The notes: generated by a model from the letters alone, not told the origin. Shown: positions 21,301 to 30,229, numbered from the stretch's first letter. The stretch is 64,000 bases of DNA from Acidobacteriota bacterium (GCA_963666055.2 CAXWPH010000012.1:160001-224000), one strand, 5' to 3'. Made by a program: numbers and translations.

Positions 21301-21668
21301 AGTAGCGCCAGGCTGTCGCGCAACGGCGTAGCCAGGAGCAGGCGTGCGACCGCGACAATGACGATCGCAACGACAAACGTCAGCTGAATCAGACGCGCGC
21401 GGGTCCAACGGTCCGAGAACCGCGTGTACAAGGCCATCACCGCTACCAGTACCAGCGGCGGCAAGATGAACTTCAACGGGATGGCCGAGGCGGGTAGACG
21501 GCTCAAGAACAGCGCCCGACCGGCCAGTTGGCCGGTGATCACGACCCCGCCGACGGACAGGATCGAGTAACCGAGCATCGCGCTGACGATGCCGGCCTCG
21601 CCCGGCTCCACACGCAACAGCTTGCGGATCCAGCGCCAAGGCGCGCGACTCTTCTGGGAGCGGTCCAT
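18363..21668 (-). CDS. Npt1/TLC-like MFS transporter + HEAT repeats + cNMP-binding domain
   Basis: ALFLSR, QFWTFAGDLF..RQARRLFG, LYLPL..R.KAK..ID; helical repeats; C-terminal QGDEGDCLY...GELAIL..EPRAAT. Confidence 0.88.
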   Translation of the reverse strand: MDRSQKSRAPWRWIRKLLRVEPGEAGIVSAMLGYSILSVGGVVITGQLAGRALFLSRLPASAIPLKFILPPLVLVAVMALYTRFSDRWTRARLIQLTFVVAIVIVAVARLLLATPLRDSLALLLAVFVFFDILGNVVMIQFWTFAGDLFHPRQARRLFGIISGGSALSNIAFGAFLSELADTVRPEDLLFVVIGSLAGSMFIVGRLSGARLEPEPSSQRSSAVASAPATRGTLARDLREVLRSRLMVTIGAIVVVIALVSSVADFQLDLALKDTFGDDGQGMVRFLAVFRLWAGVVAAVLQFLVAGFLMERFGILPALLLLPGTIALGGLSILITGGALWAVAIPRAADISLKYTVNDSVFNLLYLPLSPTLRAKAKAVIDGVIKPPLVALMGVAFFVMGRFEGLSATTWAPLLLLLSALWVWLLFVASRRYVTTLGRSIALRRLDLGAEAIDLADETSIRVLAEALQHPDAMRVIHTLGLIREARTVDWTDRVAPLLEHDDANVRVMALRYLAESSATDQVEPIRQLMGKGDIDVRRAAIEAYCQLCGPRGVRQVIPCLASASDDGTDPDEELDPRLRDTAIVALIRFGGLEGVLHAGRQLHSLLESDDAQQRSQGARLLGELGVGGFYAPLLEMLEDDDRRVRLEAICASLTVRAPELVPGLLSNVDDASTQAETARALVACSREDPALLRELVMERGLPAPVRQQLVGALRQAGAVGGEVLVELIHELDDGVRGTAYATLCRLDAAERPELAKDHLRRKLGDELRVAYDRWLCWRDLRSNADEMPLLVEALAARVDGDRGRILALICLQHSDLSFGSLSKALDSTDSRLQANAVELIDNVVTTHRELLIPYLGGPDRRRAEAARRRLRLGSVSTVDRLRDLVEAPDSWVQACALHAIGLTGATQLTEQVQVALENDDSHVRYTAAYTLLQLGRLVAADGTGDRSGGAESDRDSTALIKEKSGMALAPLEKILFLKQIPMFRQIPAEEISGLLPIVGEAAFREGEEILRQGDEGDCLYNLIEGEVAVEIDGSRIDTVLRTRDVLGELAILTAEPRAATCVALSDVLALRIDRDPFWQLMRERPEVSIGVIRVLLKYLKK

Positions 21669-21783
21669 CGACGTTTCTCGCTATCGAGATGCCCGGCAGC
21701 AGAGCCCGGCCGCGCCCAGGCTACCGCGATTCCGATTGCTCCGGTAAGTAATCTACGCCGCCAAAGTGCCCGGTACCGCTAGT

Positions 21784-23409
21784 TTACTTGGCGCCGTTCC
21801 GCCGTAGCACGACGCCGGATCTCGCCCCGGTCGGCTCGCCGTCGCGCAGTGCAACGTCGCCGTTGACGAGCACGTGGACGATACCCTCGGAGTACTGATG
21901 CGGATCGGTATAGGTTGCCCGGTCAGTTATGCGATCGAGATCAAAGACCACGACATCCGCAAAGGTCCCGGATCGAATGAACCCTCGTTCCTCGATGCGG
22001 TAGGCGGTCGCCGGAAGGCTGGTCATGCTGCGGATCGCCGCCGGTAGCGTGACGAAACCATCCTCGAGCACGTACTTGCGGATCTTGCGGGGATAGGTGC
22101 CATAGGATCGGGGATGCGGCTTGCCGGCACCGAAGGCTGGCAATCCTCCGTCGGAGGAGGTCATCGTCCACGGCTGTACCATCAGCCGGCGAAGGTCGTC
22201 GGTATGCATGTTGAACGAGATGATCGAGCCGGGCAGTCCGCCGGTGATGATCTCGATGGCGACGTCGATGGGATCTGTTCGTTGCTGATCGGCCAGCGAC
22301 TGCAGCGTCCTGCCTTCCATCTCCGGGCCGCCGCCGGTGAACTGGAGTCGATCGGCACCGCCCCGCCGCGCCAGGTTGTCGACCATCGCCTGGCGAATTC
22401 GCGCGCGCGTCTGGCGGTCGGCAAAGCGCCGCGCCTGCACGTCGCTGCCCCCGGCCTGCGACCAGCGCGGCAACAGGGCCGCGGACAGGCCCGTGCTCGA
22501 AGCCTCGTAGGGATACTGGTCGGCGTACATCTCCACGCCCTCGGCTCGGGCCGCATCGATGCGCTCGACGATGGTCTCCGATTCACCCCAGGCGTTTGGC
22601 CCAAGCGCTTTGATGTGGGTGACCACACCGGGGATGCCGGCTTCGCGTGCCACCCGGATGACCTCGTCGACCGCGGCAACGACGCCGATCGTGTAGTCAG
22701 CTTCGTCGCGGATGTGGGCACCGTATGCGCCCCCGAGCTCGGCGACGACCTTAGCGAGCTCGATCACCTCGTCGAGCTCGGCATAGCTGCCCGGTGCATA
22801 GAACAGGCCGCTGGAAAGCCCGAACGCTCCATCCTCCATGGCCCGGCGGACGAGCACCCTCATCTGTGCTAGCTCATCGGCCGTCGGAGCGCGATCCTCC
22901 ATGCCGAGCACCGCGCCACGGACAGTTCCATGACCAACCATCTGGGCGACGTTCACGCCGAGGCCATGCGCCAGCAGAGCGTCCCGTTGCTCGGCGACAT
23001 CGAGGCCGCCGCCCCCGTCGGGATTGATCACCACCGTCGTCAGACCCTGGTACAGCAGCGGCGCGGCAGCGCTACGATCCTCGGTGATCAACCCGGCGAG
23101 GGCATGCGAATGGACATCGATGAAGCCTGGTGCCACGTAGAGCCCGGTGGCGTCGATCTCGACCTCGGCCGAGGCATCGGAAAGATCGCCCACCGCGACG
23201 ATTCGCTCGCCCTGAATGCCAACGTCAGCACGGATCCAGGGATTTCCGCTACCGTCGAACATACGCCCGCCGCGGATGATCAGATCGAGCCGCGGCTCCT
23301 CTGAGGCCTGCGGCGCCGCTCGCCCCGCGCCCACGGCCCCCGCGGCAAGCATCAGGCACCCAACGGCAAACCAGCGGATTCCGAACCGGGGTCGTATGGT
23401 TTCGATCAT
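21784..23409 (-). CDS. N-acyl-D-amino-acid deacylase (D-aminoacylase), exported
   Basis: APGFIDVHSH, GLSSGLFYAPG, HIRDE, DQYPY, SSDG, PHPRSYGTYP; signal peptide. Confidence 0.92.
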   Translation of the reverse strand: MIETIRPRFGIRWFAVGCLMLAAGAVGAGRAAPQASEEPRLDLIIRGGRMFDGSGNPWIRADVGIQGERIVAVGDLSDASAEVEIDATGLYVAPGFIDVHSHALAGLITEDRSAAAPLLYQGLTTVVINPDGGGGLDVAEQRDALLAHGLGVNVAQMVGHGTVRGAVLGMEDRAPTADELAQMRVLVRRAMEDGAFGLSSGLFYAPGSYAELDEVIELAKVVAELGGAYGAHIRDEADYTIGVVAAVDEVIRVAREAGIPGVVTHIKALGPNAWGESETIVERIDAARAEGVEMYADQYPYEASSTGLSAALLPRWSQAGGSDVQARRFADRQTRARIRQAMVDNLARRGGADRLQFTGGGPEMEGRTLQSLADQQRTDPIDVAIEIITGGLPGSIISFNMHTDDLRRLMVQPWTMTSSDGGLPAFGAGKPHPRSYGTYPRKIRKYVLEDGFVTLPAAIRSMTSLPATAYRIEERGFIRSGTFADVVVFDLDRITDRATYTDPHQYSEGIVHVLVNGDVALRDGEPTGARSGVVLRRNGAK

Positions 23410-23443
23410 CAACCTACTGCTGGACCCCTCCGGCCTACCCGGC

Positions 23444-23755
23444 TCAGCATACACACAGAGACACGGCGCGTGTAGCTGGGGGAACCCCAACTCCCGAGCG
23501 GCTCGGTGAGCGGACAAACCCCGTGAGGCTAGAGGACGATCTCAGCGCTTCGAGATCGGCGTCCAGGCGCTCCACGGACCCCGGCATGGCGATACCCAGG
23601 ATGCTCGGGGGGACCGGTTCGCGGGCGCTTGCTGCGCTGCTGAACAGCTCGACATACTCACCGGTTTGCGCCCCAGCCGGAAGGTCCGGTCCGTGCAGCA
23701 GCAGGGCGACCCCCGTGACGATAACCAACGGTCGGATCTTCGCAATCGCTCCCAT
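23444..23755 (-). pseudogene. probable 5' fragment of a secreted protein
   Basis: Signal-peptide-like start (PAGA-Q) then reads into non-coding-looking sequence. Confidence 0.35.
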
Positions 23756-23900
23756 TCGCGGCCCCCATGGACTAGGTCGTGCTACCCGCTGCCGGCCGCC
23801 ACGACCGAACCAATGCCCTCAGGCGAGCAATCAATCCGACCACGCGTCACGGCAGCCTGTCAATAAGCGCGGCGCGCTGCCAGCAGGGCTCCTGTATCGA

Positions 23901-25514
23901 CTACTGCTCGATCCCTTCGCCCGGCAGGACCGGGGTATGCAAGGGGTCGCGGCGTGCTCTGGTCAGCTGCTCAAACGCATAGCCAATTGCCAGCAGTCGC
24001 GCTTCGGTGAAGGCCGCGCCCAGGAAGGAGATGTTCACCGGCAGCCGGTTGCTGGTAAAACCGGCCGGTACGGTCAGATCGGGGAACCCGGTGAGGTTGG
24101 CGATGTTGGTCACCGACCTCCCGCCGCCACCGGTGCTGCCCTCCACGAGACTCGGGCGTGTTGGCCGGGTCGGATAGACGATGGCGTCGAGCTCGGACTC
24201 GCTGAGAATCCCTTCGACGATGGCGCGTACCAGGGCCAGGCCGTGATCTCGAACAGCGAGATACTCGCTGTCGGTCACCTCGCCGCTCTCCTCCTCCTTC
24301 TGCAGTAGTGCCCAACGCGTCGGGTTTGGCTGCGCCCCGTATTCCGTTCTGGCGGTAATCTTCTGCGAGCGCTCGATGAGCTCGGCGAGCGTCTTCGGGT
24401 ACTCCTCGCCCAGCGTGCTCAGATACTCGGCGATCTGGACCCGAAACTCGCGCCAGCGAATGGTAGTGTACATGTCGGCGCGCGCTTCGAGTAGCCACTC
24501 GGGAAACTTCACGTCGATGACTTCGGCGCCGGCGTCCCGCATAGCCTGCAACGAGGCCTCGATAATCCAGTCGACCTCCTGATCCTGCCCGAGAAAGTCG
24601 CGCGCGATGCCAAATCGCGCACCGTCGAGCGCGTCGGCATCCAGCGCCATGGTGTAGTCGGCCATGACCTTCCCCTCGCTCTTTCGCGTCGAGTCGTCGG
24701 CGGGATCCACCCCAGTCAGCACGCTGAGCATCGCCGCGACATCGTAAACGTGCCTAGCCATGGGACCGGCGGTGTCAAAAGAAAGACCCAACGGCACGAT
24801 GCCGTCCCGACTCACGAGACCGTGGGTGGTCTTCAGCCCCACAATCCCGTTGGCGGCAGACGGGCCGCGCACCGACCCACCCGTATCAGTGCCGATGCCG
24901 ATCTGCCCGAACGCGGCGGCGATGGCGACGCCCGTGCCACCAGAGGAACCGGATGGAGTGCGCGTCAGGCTGTGTGGGTTGCGCGTGTAGCCACCCATCG
25001 AGCTCATCGGAACGCCCGAGGCGAACTCGCTCATATTCAGCTTTGCCAGGATGATCGCCCCGGCAACCCGCAGCTTGCGAACGATGAACGCGTCGTCCGG
25101 CGGGATCGAGCCGGCAAGCAACACCGATCCCGCAGTGGTCGGCATGTCGTGCGTATCCACGTTGTCCTTCAGCACCACCGGGATCCCGTGAAGTCGGGAG
25201 CGAGGGCCACCCTCGCGACGTTCGCGGTCCAGCGCTCGCGCAGTCTCGAGGGCATCGCGGTTCATCCAGAGAATCGCGTTGAGCTCCGGCCCCTTGTCGT
25301 TGTATGCGTCGATCCTCGCCAGGTATTGCCGCAGCAGCGCCTCGGATGTGAGCGTGCCCGCGTCGAGCGCCGCGCTGATATCGGCGATGGTCGCTTCCGT
25401 CAGGCTCAGTGTCTGCGCCGCCAGCGCGCCGGGGAGAATTAGGCCCGCCAGGGCGGCCAGCAGCGAGATCGAGGCCACCGGTCGCGCACCGATTAGAAGC
25501 TGGATCACTCGCAT
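23901..25514 (-). CDS. amidase signature family protein, exported
   Basis: LHGIPVVLKDN, SGSSGG, GTDTGGSVRGPS; signal peptide. Confidence 0.93.
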   Translation of the reverse strand: MRVIQLLIGARPVASISLLAALAGLILPGALAAQTLSLTEATIADISAALDAGTLTSEALLRQYLARIDAYNDKGPELNAILWMNRDALETARALDRERREGGPRSRLHGIPVVLKDNVDTHDMPTTAGSVLLAGSIPPDDAFIVRKLRVAGAIILAKLNMSEFASGVPMSSMGGYTRNPHSLTRTPSGSSGGTGVAIAAAFGQIGIGTDTGGSVRGPSAANGIVGLKTTHGLVSRDGIVPLGLSFDTAGPMARHVYDVAAMLSVLTGVDPADDSTRKSEGKVMADYTMALDADALDGARFGIARDFLGQDQEVDWIIEASLQAMRDAGAEVIDVKFPEWLLEARADMYTTIRWREFRVQIAEYLSTLGEEYPKTLAELIERSQKITARTEYGAQPNPTRWALLQKEEESGEVTDSEYLAVRDHGLALVRAIVEGILSESELDAIVYPTRPTRPSLVEGSTGGGGRSVTNIANLTGFPDLTVPAGFTSNRLPVNISFLGAAFTEARLLAIGYAFEQLTRARRDPLHTPVLPGEGIEQ

Positions 25515-25583
25515 ACGTCTCTCCTGTGGCCCCCGTAGCGGGACCGGTTCCACAAGGAATCCACTGCACCAACCGTGCGGCCG

Positions 25584-26792
25584 TTACAGTCCACCAGCCA
25601 CACTCCGAACGTCGACGTTCGTCTCGAGATCCGTGCGGCACAGTGCATGCAAGAAACAGGTCTGCTCGCTCATGTCCAGCGCGGTGCAAGCGAACGCGTC
25701 GTCGCCAGGAGTCTCCAGGAAGACGTGGGTCTCGACTGCATCTGCCACTCCTTTGACACCCGACACGCCGCTCACGCCTCCTGGCGAGAAGTAGGTGTCC
25801 TGCACCACCCGACAGGCGTCGAGATCATGCTTGACGATGTCTGCGTACCTGCCGAACTGCGTCATGAAGCAGAAGGCAATACCGGCCGAGATGTAGCTTG
25901 CGGCGTCCGGAGCTCGGCGGCGGCGACCGGACACCGAATCCTCCTCAGAAAGAAAGCGGAAGCTCGAGCCGATCGGTTTGAACAGCGTCTGGTCGATCTG
26001 CCGTACACCATCCTCGCGAACAGTGCACACGCCGCGGCAGTGAAGCCGGCGGTCCTGACTCTCGGTCAGGCTGGTGTTGATCCCGCCGGGCTCGCTCTCG
26101 ACCCTCTCGGCCTCGGCAAACTTTCGGATCAGGTCACCGACGGGCTCCTCCGCAACGCGGACTTCAGAGAAACCATCCACCGGATCCGGCTGGGGCGCGC
26201 CTCGGAGGTGTTTCACCCTCGCTGGCACGATCTCGACACCGTTGTGACTCAGCGTGAACAGGCTCTCGTGCACTCCCCGAAGCAGTCCGGTAACCGGCGC
26301 GGCTTGTACCGCCTTCGCGACGAGACGCTGCAAGGCCGACTCCGACGCGTCTGCGTCGATCTCCACACGCAGCTCCGGCGCCAACGCTCCGCCGGTCATG
26401 GTGCCGCGAAGCACGCTGCCCTGCATCGAGTAGTAGTTGTCGAGGACGAGCCGTAGATCTCGGATTTCAACGTCGTGCTGCCGCGCTGCGGCGAGGATCT
26501 CGTTCATGTAGGCAGCCACCATCCCCGTGGTGAAGAACGAAAGTGGGCACGGGCCGACATCGTGCCCCGCAAGGTACGGCCCCTCGTCGCTGGTGAACCG
26601 CCAGGCGTCGTCGTTGGCGCCGTTGATCGTGATCGCCTCCTTCTGCATCCCGGAGAGCGTTCGAACCCAGGTACGCACCGACGCACCATGGCGAACAGCC
26701 GGCGGCGCCAACCCGAGAGCTTCGGCGTTCCCAACTGAAAAGAACAGCGGCCGCGGATCTGCGTCGAGGACGTTGGGATGCCGGCGGGTCAC
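25584..26792 (-). CDS. tandem OsmC-like domain protein
   Basis: Two units: FTSDEG..GPCPLSFF and FLSEE..APDAASYISAGIAFCFMTQ...EQTCFLHA; GTG with GAGG RBS. Confidence 0.7.
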   Translation of the reverse strand: MTRRHPNVLDADPRPLFFSVGNAEALGLAPPAVRHGASVRTWVRTLSGMQKEAITINGANDDAWRFTSDEGPYLAGHDVGPCPLSFFTTGMVAAYMNEILAAARQHDVEIRDLRLVLDNYYSMQGSVLRGTMTGGALAPELRVEIDADASESALQRLVAKAVQAAPVTGLLRGVHESLFTLSHNGVEIVPARVKHLRGAPQPDPVDGFSEVRVAEEPVGDLIRKFAEAERVESEPGGINTSLTESQDRRLHCRGVCTVREDGVRQIDQTLFKPIGSSFRFLSEEDSVSGRRRRAPDAASYISAGIAFCFMTQFGRYADIVKHDLDACRVVQDTYFSPGGVSGVSGVKGVADAVETHVFLETPGDDAFACTALDMSEQTCFLHALCRTDLETNVDVRSVAGGL

Positions 26793-26853
26793 GGTTCCTC
26801 CGCTTCGAGAATCTGGCTCCACGTACACACGTGGAGGGGCAAGCCCAAATAGG

Positions 26854-27933
26854 CTAGCCAGCCTCCGGGAAAATCTCCTTGGCGATCATCATGTGAACGC
26901 CGACGTTGCCGTCGACGAGCTGGGTAATGCGTAGGTCGGCGGCGATGCTCGCCAAGGCGTATGCGGCGCCGCGCTCGAGGCTCCGAGTCTGCATCAGGAA
27001 GTCGACCATTTCCTGAACGGCGATGCGGGTTGCCTCAGTGAGGTTCTCGTGCATGCCCATGGTGATGAAGTGAGTCGGCGTCTCGGCCCGCGGCCAGGCG
27101 AGTCGAGCACCCTTGTGCAGAAAGAACTGCAGGCTGCCGTCGAGCGAGGTCTCGATCGCCGTCTGATCGACCTCGCCGTCACCCTGGGCGGCGTGCCCGT
27201 CGCCTACCTCGAACAGCGCCCCCGGAACGTGCACCGGGATGAACAGGGTCGTACCGGCCACCAACTCCTTGTTGTCGAGGTTGCCGGCGTGAATCCATGG
27301 CGGGCTGCTGCTGATGCGGCCCGCATCGGGTGGCGGCGCCACCCCCATGCTGCCGAAGAAGGGTCGCAACGGAATCTCGATGCCGCCGCTGAACGGTGCC
27401 ACCATGCGCTCCTCATCGAACCGGAAGATGCGCATCCGCTGCTCATCGCAGTTCTCCGGCATGAAGCCGCTGCAGCCGTTATAGGCGTAGGGGATCGCCA
27501 GGTCGATGGAGAGCACCCGTACCTCCAGGGTGTCGCCCGGCTCCGCCCCCTCTATGTAAATCGGGCCGGTGAGAATATGGCCGCCGGGACCGCGGTCGGT
27601 CACCTGCTCGTATACGTCGCGCAGGGACTGCTGGACTTCCTCTGGCGGAATTCCCGCCCCCTCCAGCCTCGTCGGGCTCGAGGTCAGCAGGGTTTCGACC
27701 TCGACGATGTCCCCCGGCTCGATCCGCAGCACTGGCTCGGCTTCGGCCCAGTAGTAGCCCCACGCCACCGTTGCCGGGGTTGCCGGCAGCTGGTGAACGC
27801 GGGCCGGCGGAGCCTGCGGGGCGCGATCTCCGCTCTCGCCGGCCGGGCTGCCGACGCACGCTGCGTGCAGCAGGAGTGCAAGAAATAGCGCCAGGGTCGC
27901 AGCGCGCCGCGATCTTGTTGGGGAGCATTCCAT
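26854..27933 (-). CDS. acetamidase/formamidase family lipoprotein
   Basis: HILTGPIYIEGAEPGD, PFFGSMGVAP, GNLDNKEL, GDGHAAQGDGEV; HAAC lipobox-like. Confidence 0.93.
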   Translation of the reverse strand: MECSPTRSRRAATLALFLALLLHAACVGSPAGESGDRAPQAPPARVHQLPATPATVAWGYYWAEAEPVLRIEPGDIVEVETLLTSSPTRLEGAGIPPEEVQQSLRDVYEQVTDRGPGGHILTGPIYIEGAEPGDTLEVRVLSIDLAIPYAYNGCSGFMPENCDEQRMRIFRFDEERMVAPFSGGIEIPLRPFFGSMGVAPPPDAGRISSSPPWIHAGNLDNKELVAGTTLFIPVHVPGALFEVGDGHAAQGDGEVDQTAIETSLDGSLQFFLHKGARLAWPRAETPTHFITMGMHENLTEATRIAVQEMVDFLMQTRSLERGAAYALASIAADLRITQLVDGNVGVHMMIAKEIFPEAG

Positions 27934-28070
27934 GTTGGCCTACCTCAGGTTCGCCGCGATCAAGATTATGCCCAGCCAGATCACCGCGAGGATGGAGGAG
28001 ACTAGCACTGCATGGTTGCAGCGTCCCGTCTCCGGTCAGCCCCAGGCAGCTTGAATCATGAACCCGGATT

Positions 28071-28118
28071 CCACCTTAGCTGTGACCAAAACCTGTCCAA
28101 TGGATGGGGTCCACCTCT
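28071..28118 (+). mobile_element. isolated IS3-family-like terminal sequence
   Basis: CACCTTA-N-CTGTCCAATGGATGGGGTCCACCTC resembles IS3-family right ends as recalled; no transposase nearby. Confidence 0.4.
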
Positions 28119-28251
28119 AACGCTTCGTCGCTCGGCGCCTCTTTAAGCTCCTGGAGTCGACGGCGATGACCGCTTGACAGTCATAGAAGCATCAATTCAA
28201 CCAATCTGGCCGCGCAGTGGAATTCCCTGAATCCACCTAAGCCTTTTGTTA

Positions 28252-29376
28252 TCAACAGTGCCGGGGCTGGGACTCGAACCCAGATGACCTAAGGCCAGCG
28301 GATTTTAAGTCCGCCGCGTCTGCCAATTCCGCCACCCCGGCAATACCTACAACCCGCGTCTTATCAATGCTTTGAGAACTATTGGAGAACTTGTCTACGC
28401 CCGTTTTATCTGCTTGGGTAGCGCTCTGGGTAGCACTATCTAAGCGGTCAGCCGCGAGAGCGGTTTGCTCTTCTCCCAAATGCACATAGCGCTTGGTCAT
28501 CCATCCCGTCCGCTGCCGGAGGAAGTTCTGGATCTCGGCCTCGGTTGCGCCCGCCGCACCGAGCCGCGTGGCGAATCCGTGGCGCAGGTCGTGCAGCCTC
28601 AGGCCTGAAAGGCCAGCCCGTTTGAGCGCGCGGCGAAAAGCTCGGTACAACCTGTCGTAATCGATGGGACCGCTGCCATCCGCATTCGGGAACAACCACT
28701 CGGAGGTCTTAGGCAGCGACTCGAAGTGCTCACGCAGGGTTGATCGCAGCCGCTTTGTCATCGCGAGTCCCCCCTCTTTACCGCGCTTCGCAGCCGGAGT
28801 CGTGATCAACCCTTTGCCGTTGCGCCAGTCGAAGTTTAGGTGCTCTCTGCGCGTCCTCAGCACCTCGGAGCCGATTCGCATGCCGGAGTCGTAACAGACC
28901 GTCAGGATCACTGCGAGAAACGGCAAGAGGTCATCCCGAGAATGAGCCAGGATCAGGTCGAACTCCGCCTCTGTTGGGACGGACCAGGCGCTGGTGTTCT
29001 CGGGGTACCGCCTGATTCGGCGGACTGGGTTGATCTTGATCCGATCATCTTCTTCGAGGCACGACATGAAATCCGAAAGGGTCGCCAGGTATCGATTCAC
29101 GGTGGGGCCACCTCGCTTGCGCTCGGAGGCACCGCCCTTCCCCGCGATTAGGTCCTTCTTACGTTGTCGGACCGTGAACTTGGTGATGCGGTCGACGCGA
29201 AGGCCGGGGAGCAGGTTCCCAATAACCGTGAGGTGATTCCGTTTGTCGCCCAGCGTGCTCTTGGCGTTGGGTACCTCCTTCTCGCGGAAACACGGCGAGC
29301 GAACCCGAAGCCCCCCGTATTGCTTCTCCGCAACCCACGGACTTCCCGGGCGATCTGTCCGACGAAAGACGCCCAT
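28252..29376 (-). CDS. int: tyrosine recombinase / integrase; C-terminus reads through tRNA-Leu
   Basis: TVNRYLATLS, GMRIGSEVL (R), HDLRHGFAT (HxxR), TKRYVH (Y). Confidence 0.92.
   Translation of the reverse strand: MGVFRRTDRPGSPWVAEKQYGGLRVRSPCFREKEVPNAKSTLGDKRNHLTVIGNLLPGLRVDRITKFTVRQRKKDLIAGKGGASERKRGGPTVNRYLATLSDFMSCLEEDDRIKINPVRRIRRYPENTSAWSVPTEAEFDLILAHSRDDLLPFLAVILTVCYDSGMRIGSEVLRTRREHLNFDWRNGKGLITTPAAKRGKEGGLAMTKRLRSTLREHFESLPKTSEWLFPNADGSGPIDYDRLYRAFRRALKRAGLSGLRLHDLRHGFATRLGAAGATEAEIQNFLRQRTGWMTKRYVHLGEEQTALAADRLDSATQSATQADKTGVDKFSNSSQSIDKTRVVGIAGVAELADAADLKSAGLRSSGFESQPRHC
28259..28341 (-). tRNA. tRNA-Leu (anticodon TAA)
   Basis: GCCGGGGTGGCGGAATTGGCAGACGCGGCGGACT-TAA-AATCCGC, long variable arm, GGTTCGAGTCCCAGCCCCGGCA; CCA not encoded. 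Confidence 0.96.
28362..28437. promoter_or_regulatory. att-arm-like region: IHF-like site and direct repeats
   Basis: TATCAATGCTTTG (28362-28374) fits WATCAANNNNTTR; TGGGTAGC x2 at 28415 and 28427; GAGAACT x2 at 28374 and 28385. Confidence 0.5.
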
Positions 29377-29579
29377 CAGCTTTGCTCGCAGATTGAGCGT
29401 TCCACCTCGCTCAATCGAAAGCGCCGTGTACGTGGGCCGAGTGCATGGCTCGGGATCTTACCCTTGATCGCCCAGCGGTAGACAGTGGCCGGGTTAACGC
29501 CGAGGAACCTTGCGATGACCGTCACTTTCACAAACGGTTCCCGCTCGGTGTTGATGCGTAGGCGCTCCGCCTCGCTCAC
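29376..29579 (-). CDS. excisionase-like helix-turn-helix protein
   Basis: IARFLGVNPATVYRW..GKIP...RRFRLSEV; stop overlaps integrase start. Confidence 0.88.
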   Translation of the reverse strand: MSEAERLRINTEREPFVKVTVIARFLGVNPATVYRWAIKGKIPSHALGPRTRRFRLSEVERSICEQS

Positions 29580-29770
29580 TCAGCCACCTCTGCCCGAGCG
29601 CTGGCAGCACGTAGGCTCCCGGTGGTCTCCTGGTTAGGGTGAGCGAGGGCCAGGTCAAGCTCGTGTACGTTGCTCCAAACACGCTTGTGTGGGCTGGTCG
29701 AACTGAGACCGGTGCACGACCAGAGTGGCCAACGGCTCGTAGGCTGCTCTCGAATCCAAGGGCCCGAAAG

Positions 29771-29881
29771 ATGCCGCCCGTGTCGCCCGTATCGCCCAGA
29801 CTCGTGCTGCGCGGGATGACAACGAGCCACGAAGCCCTCCCCAGAAGCGCGTTTGGGCGGCATGGGCGTTATGGGCGTGGA
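29771..29881. repeat. two inverted arrays of three 9-bp iteron-like repeats
   Basis: atgccgccc gtgtcgccc gtatcgccc (29771-29797) facing gggcggcat gggcgttat gggcgtgga (29855-29881). Confidence 0.75.
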
Positions 29882-30123
29882 GTTACCTCACTTTGGTGGA
29901 CACCTGAACGCTTGGAGTTTGGGTACTCGTAGTAGCAGTGAAGTGGGAACTCGTGGGAGCCGCATAGCGCTCGGTCGACCGTCGCCTCCGGATTCGTGAT
30001 CTCCGGCGTGCCGAGCATCGCTATCCTCGTGCCGAGTCGATCCTGCTCGGCCATCAGCCGCGCGTGCTGCGCGTCTTTCGCTCGCCAGAGGGTGTTCCTA
30101 CGCTGGGCGCTGATCACCGCCAC
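29869..30123 (-). CDS. hypothetical protein or fragment of the element
   Basis: 84-aa ORF co-oriented with xis/int, no motif recognised. Confidence 0.3.
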   Translation of the reverse strand: MAVISAQRRNTLWRAKDAQHARLMAEQDRLGTRIAMLGTPEITNPEATVDRALCGSHEFPLHCYYEYPNSKRSGVHQSEVTPRP

Positions 30124-30229
30124 CCCAGCGAGGCAATCGTGCTACGGGGACGTCGGGCGGGTCGCTGGGGGCAACGCTGGTTGCCGTCGACCGGTCGGCC
30201 TGTCTCCGCGGCCCGCCGGAGCAGAGCCC

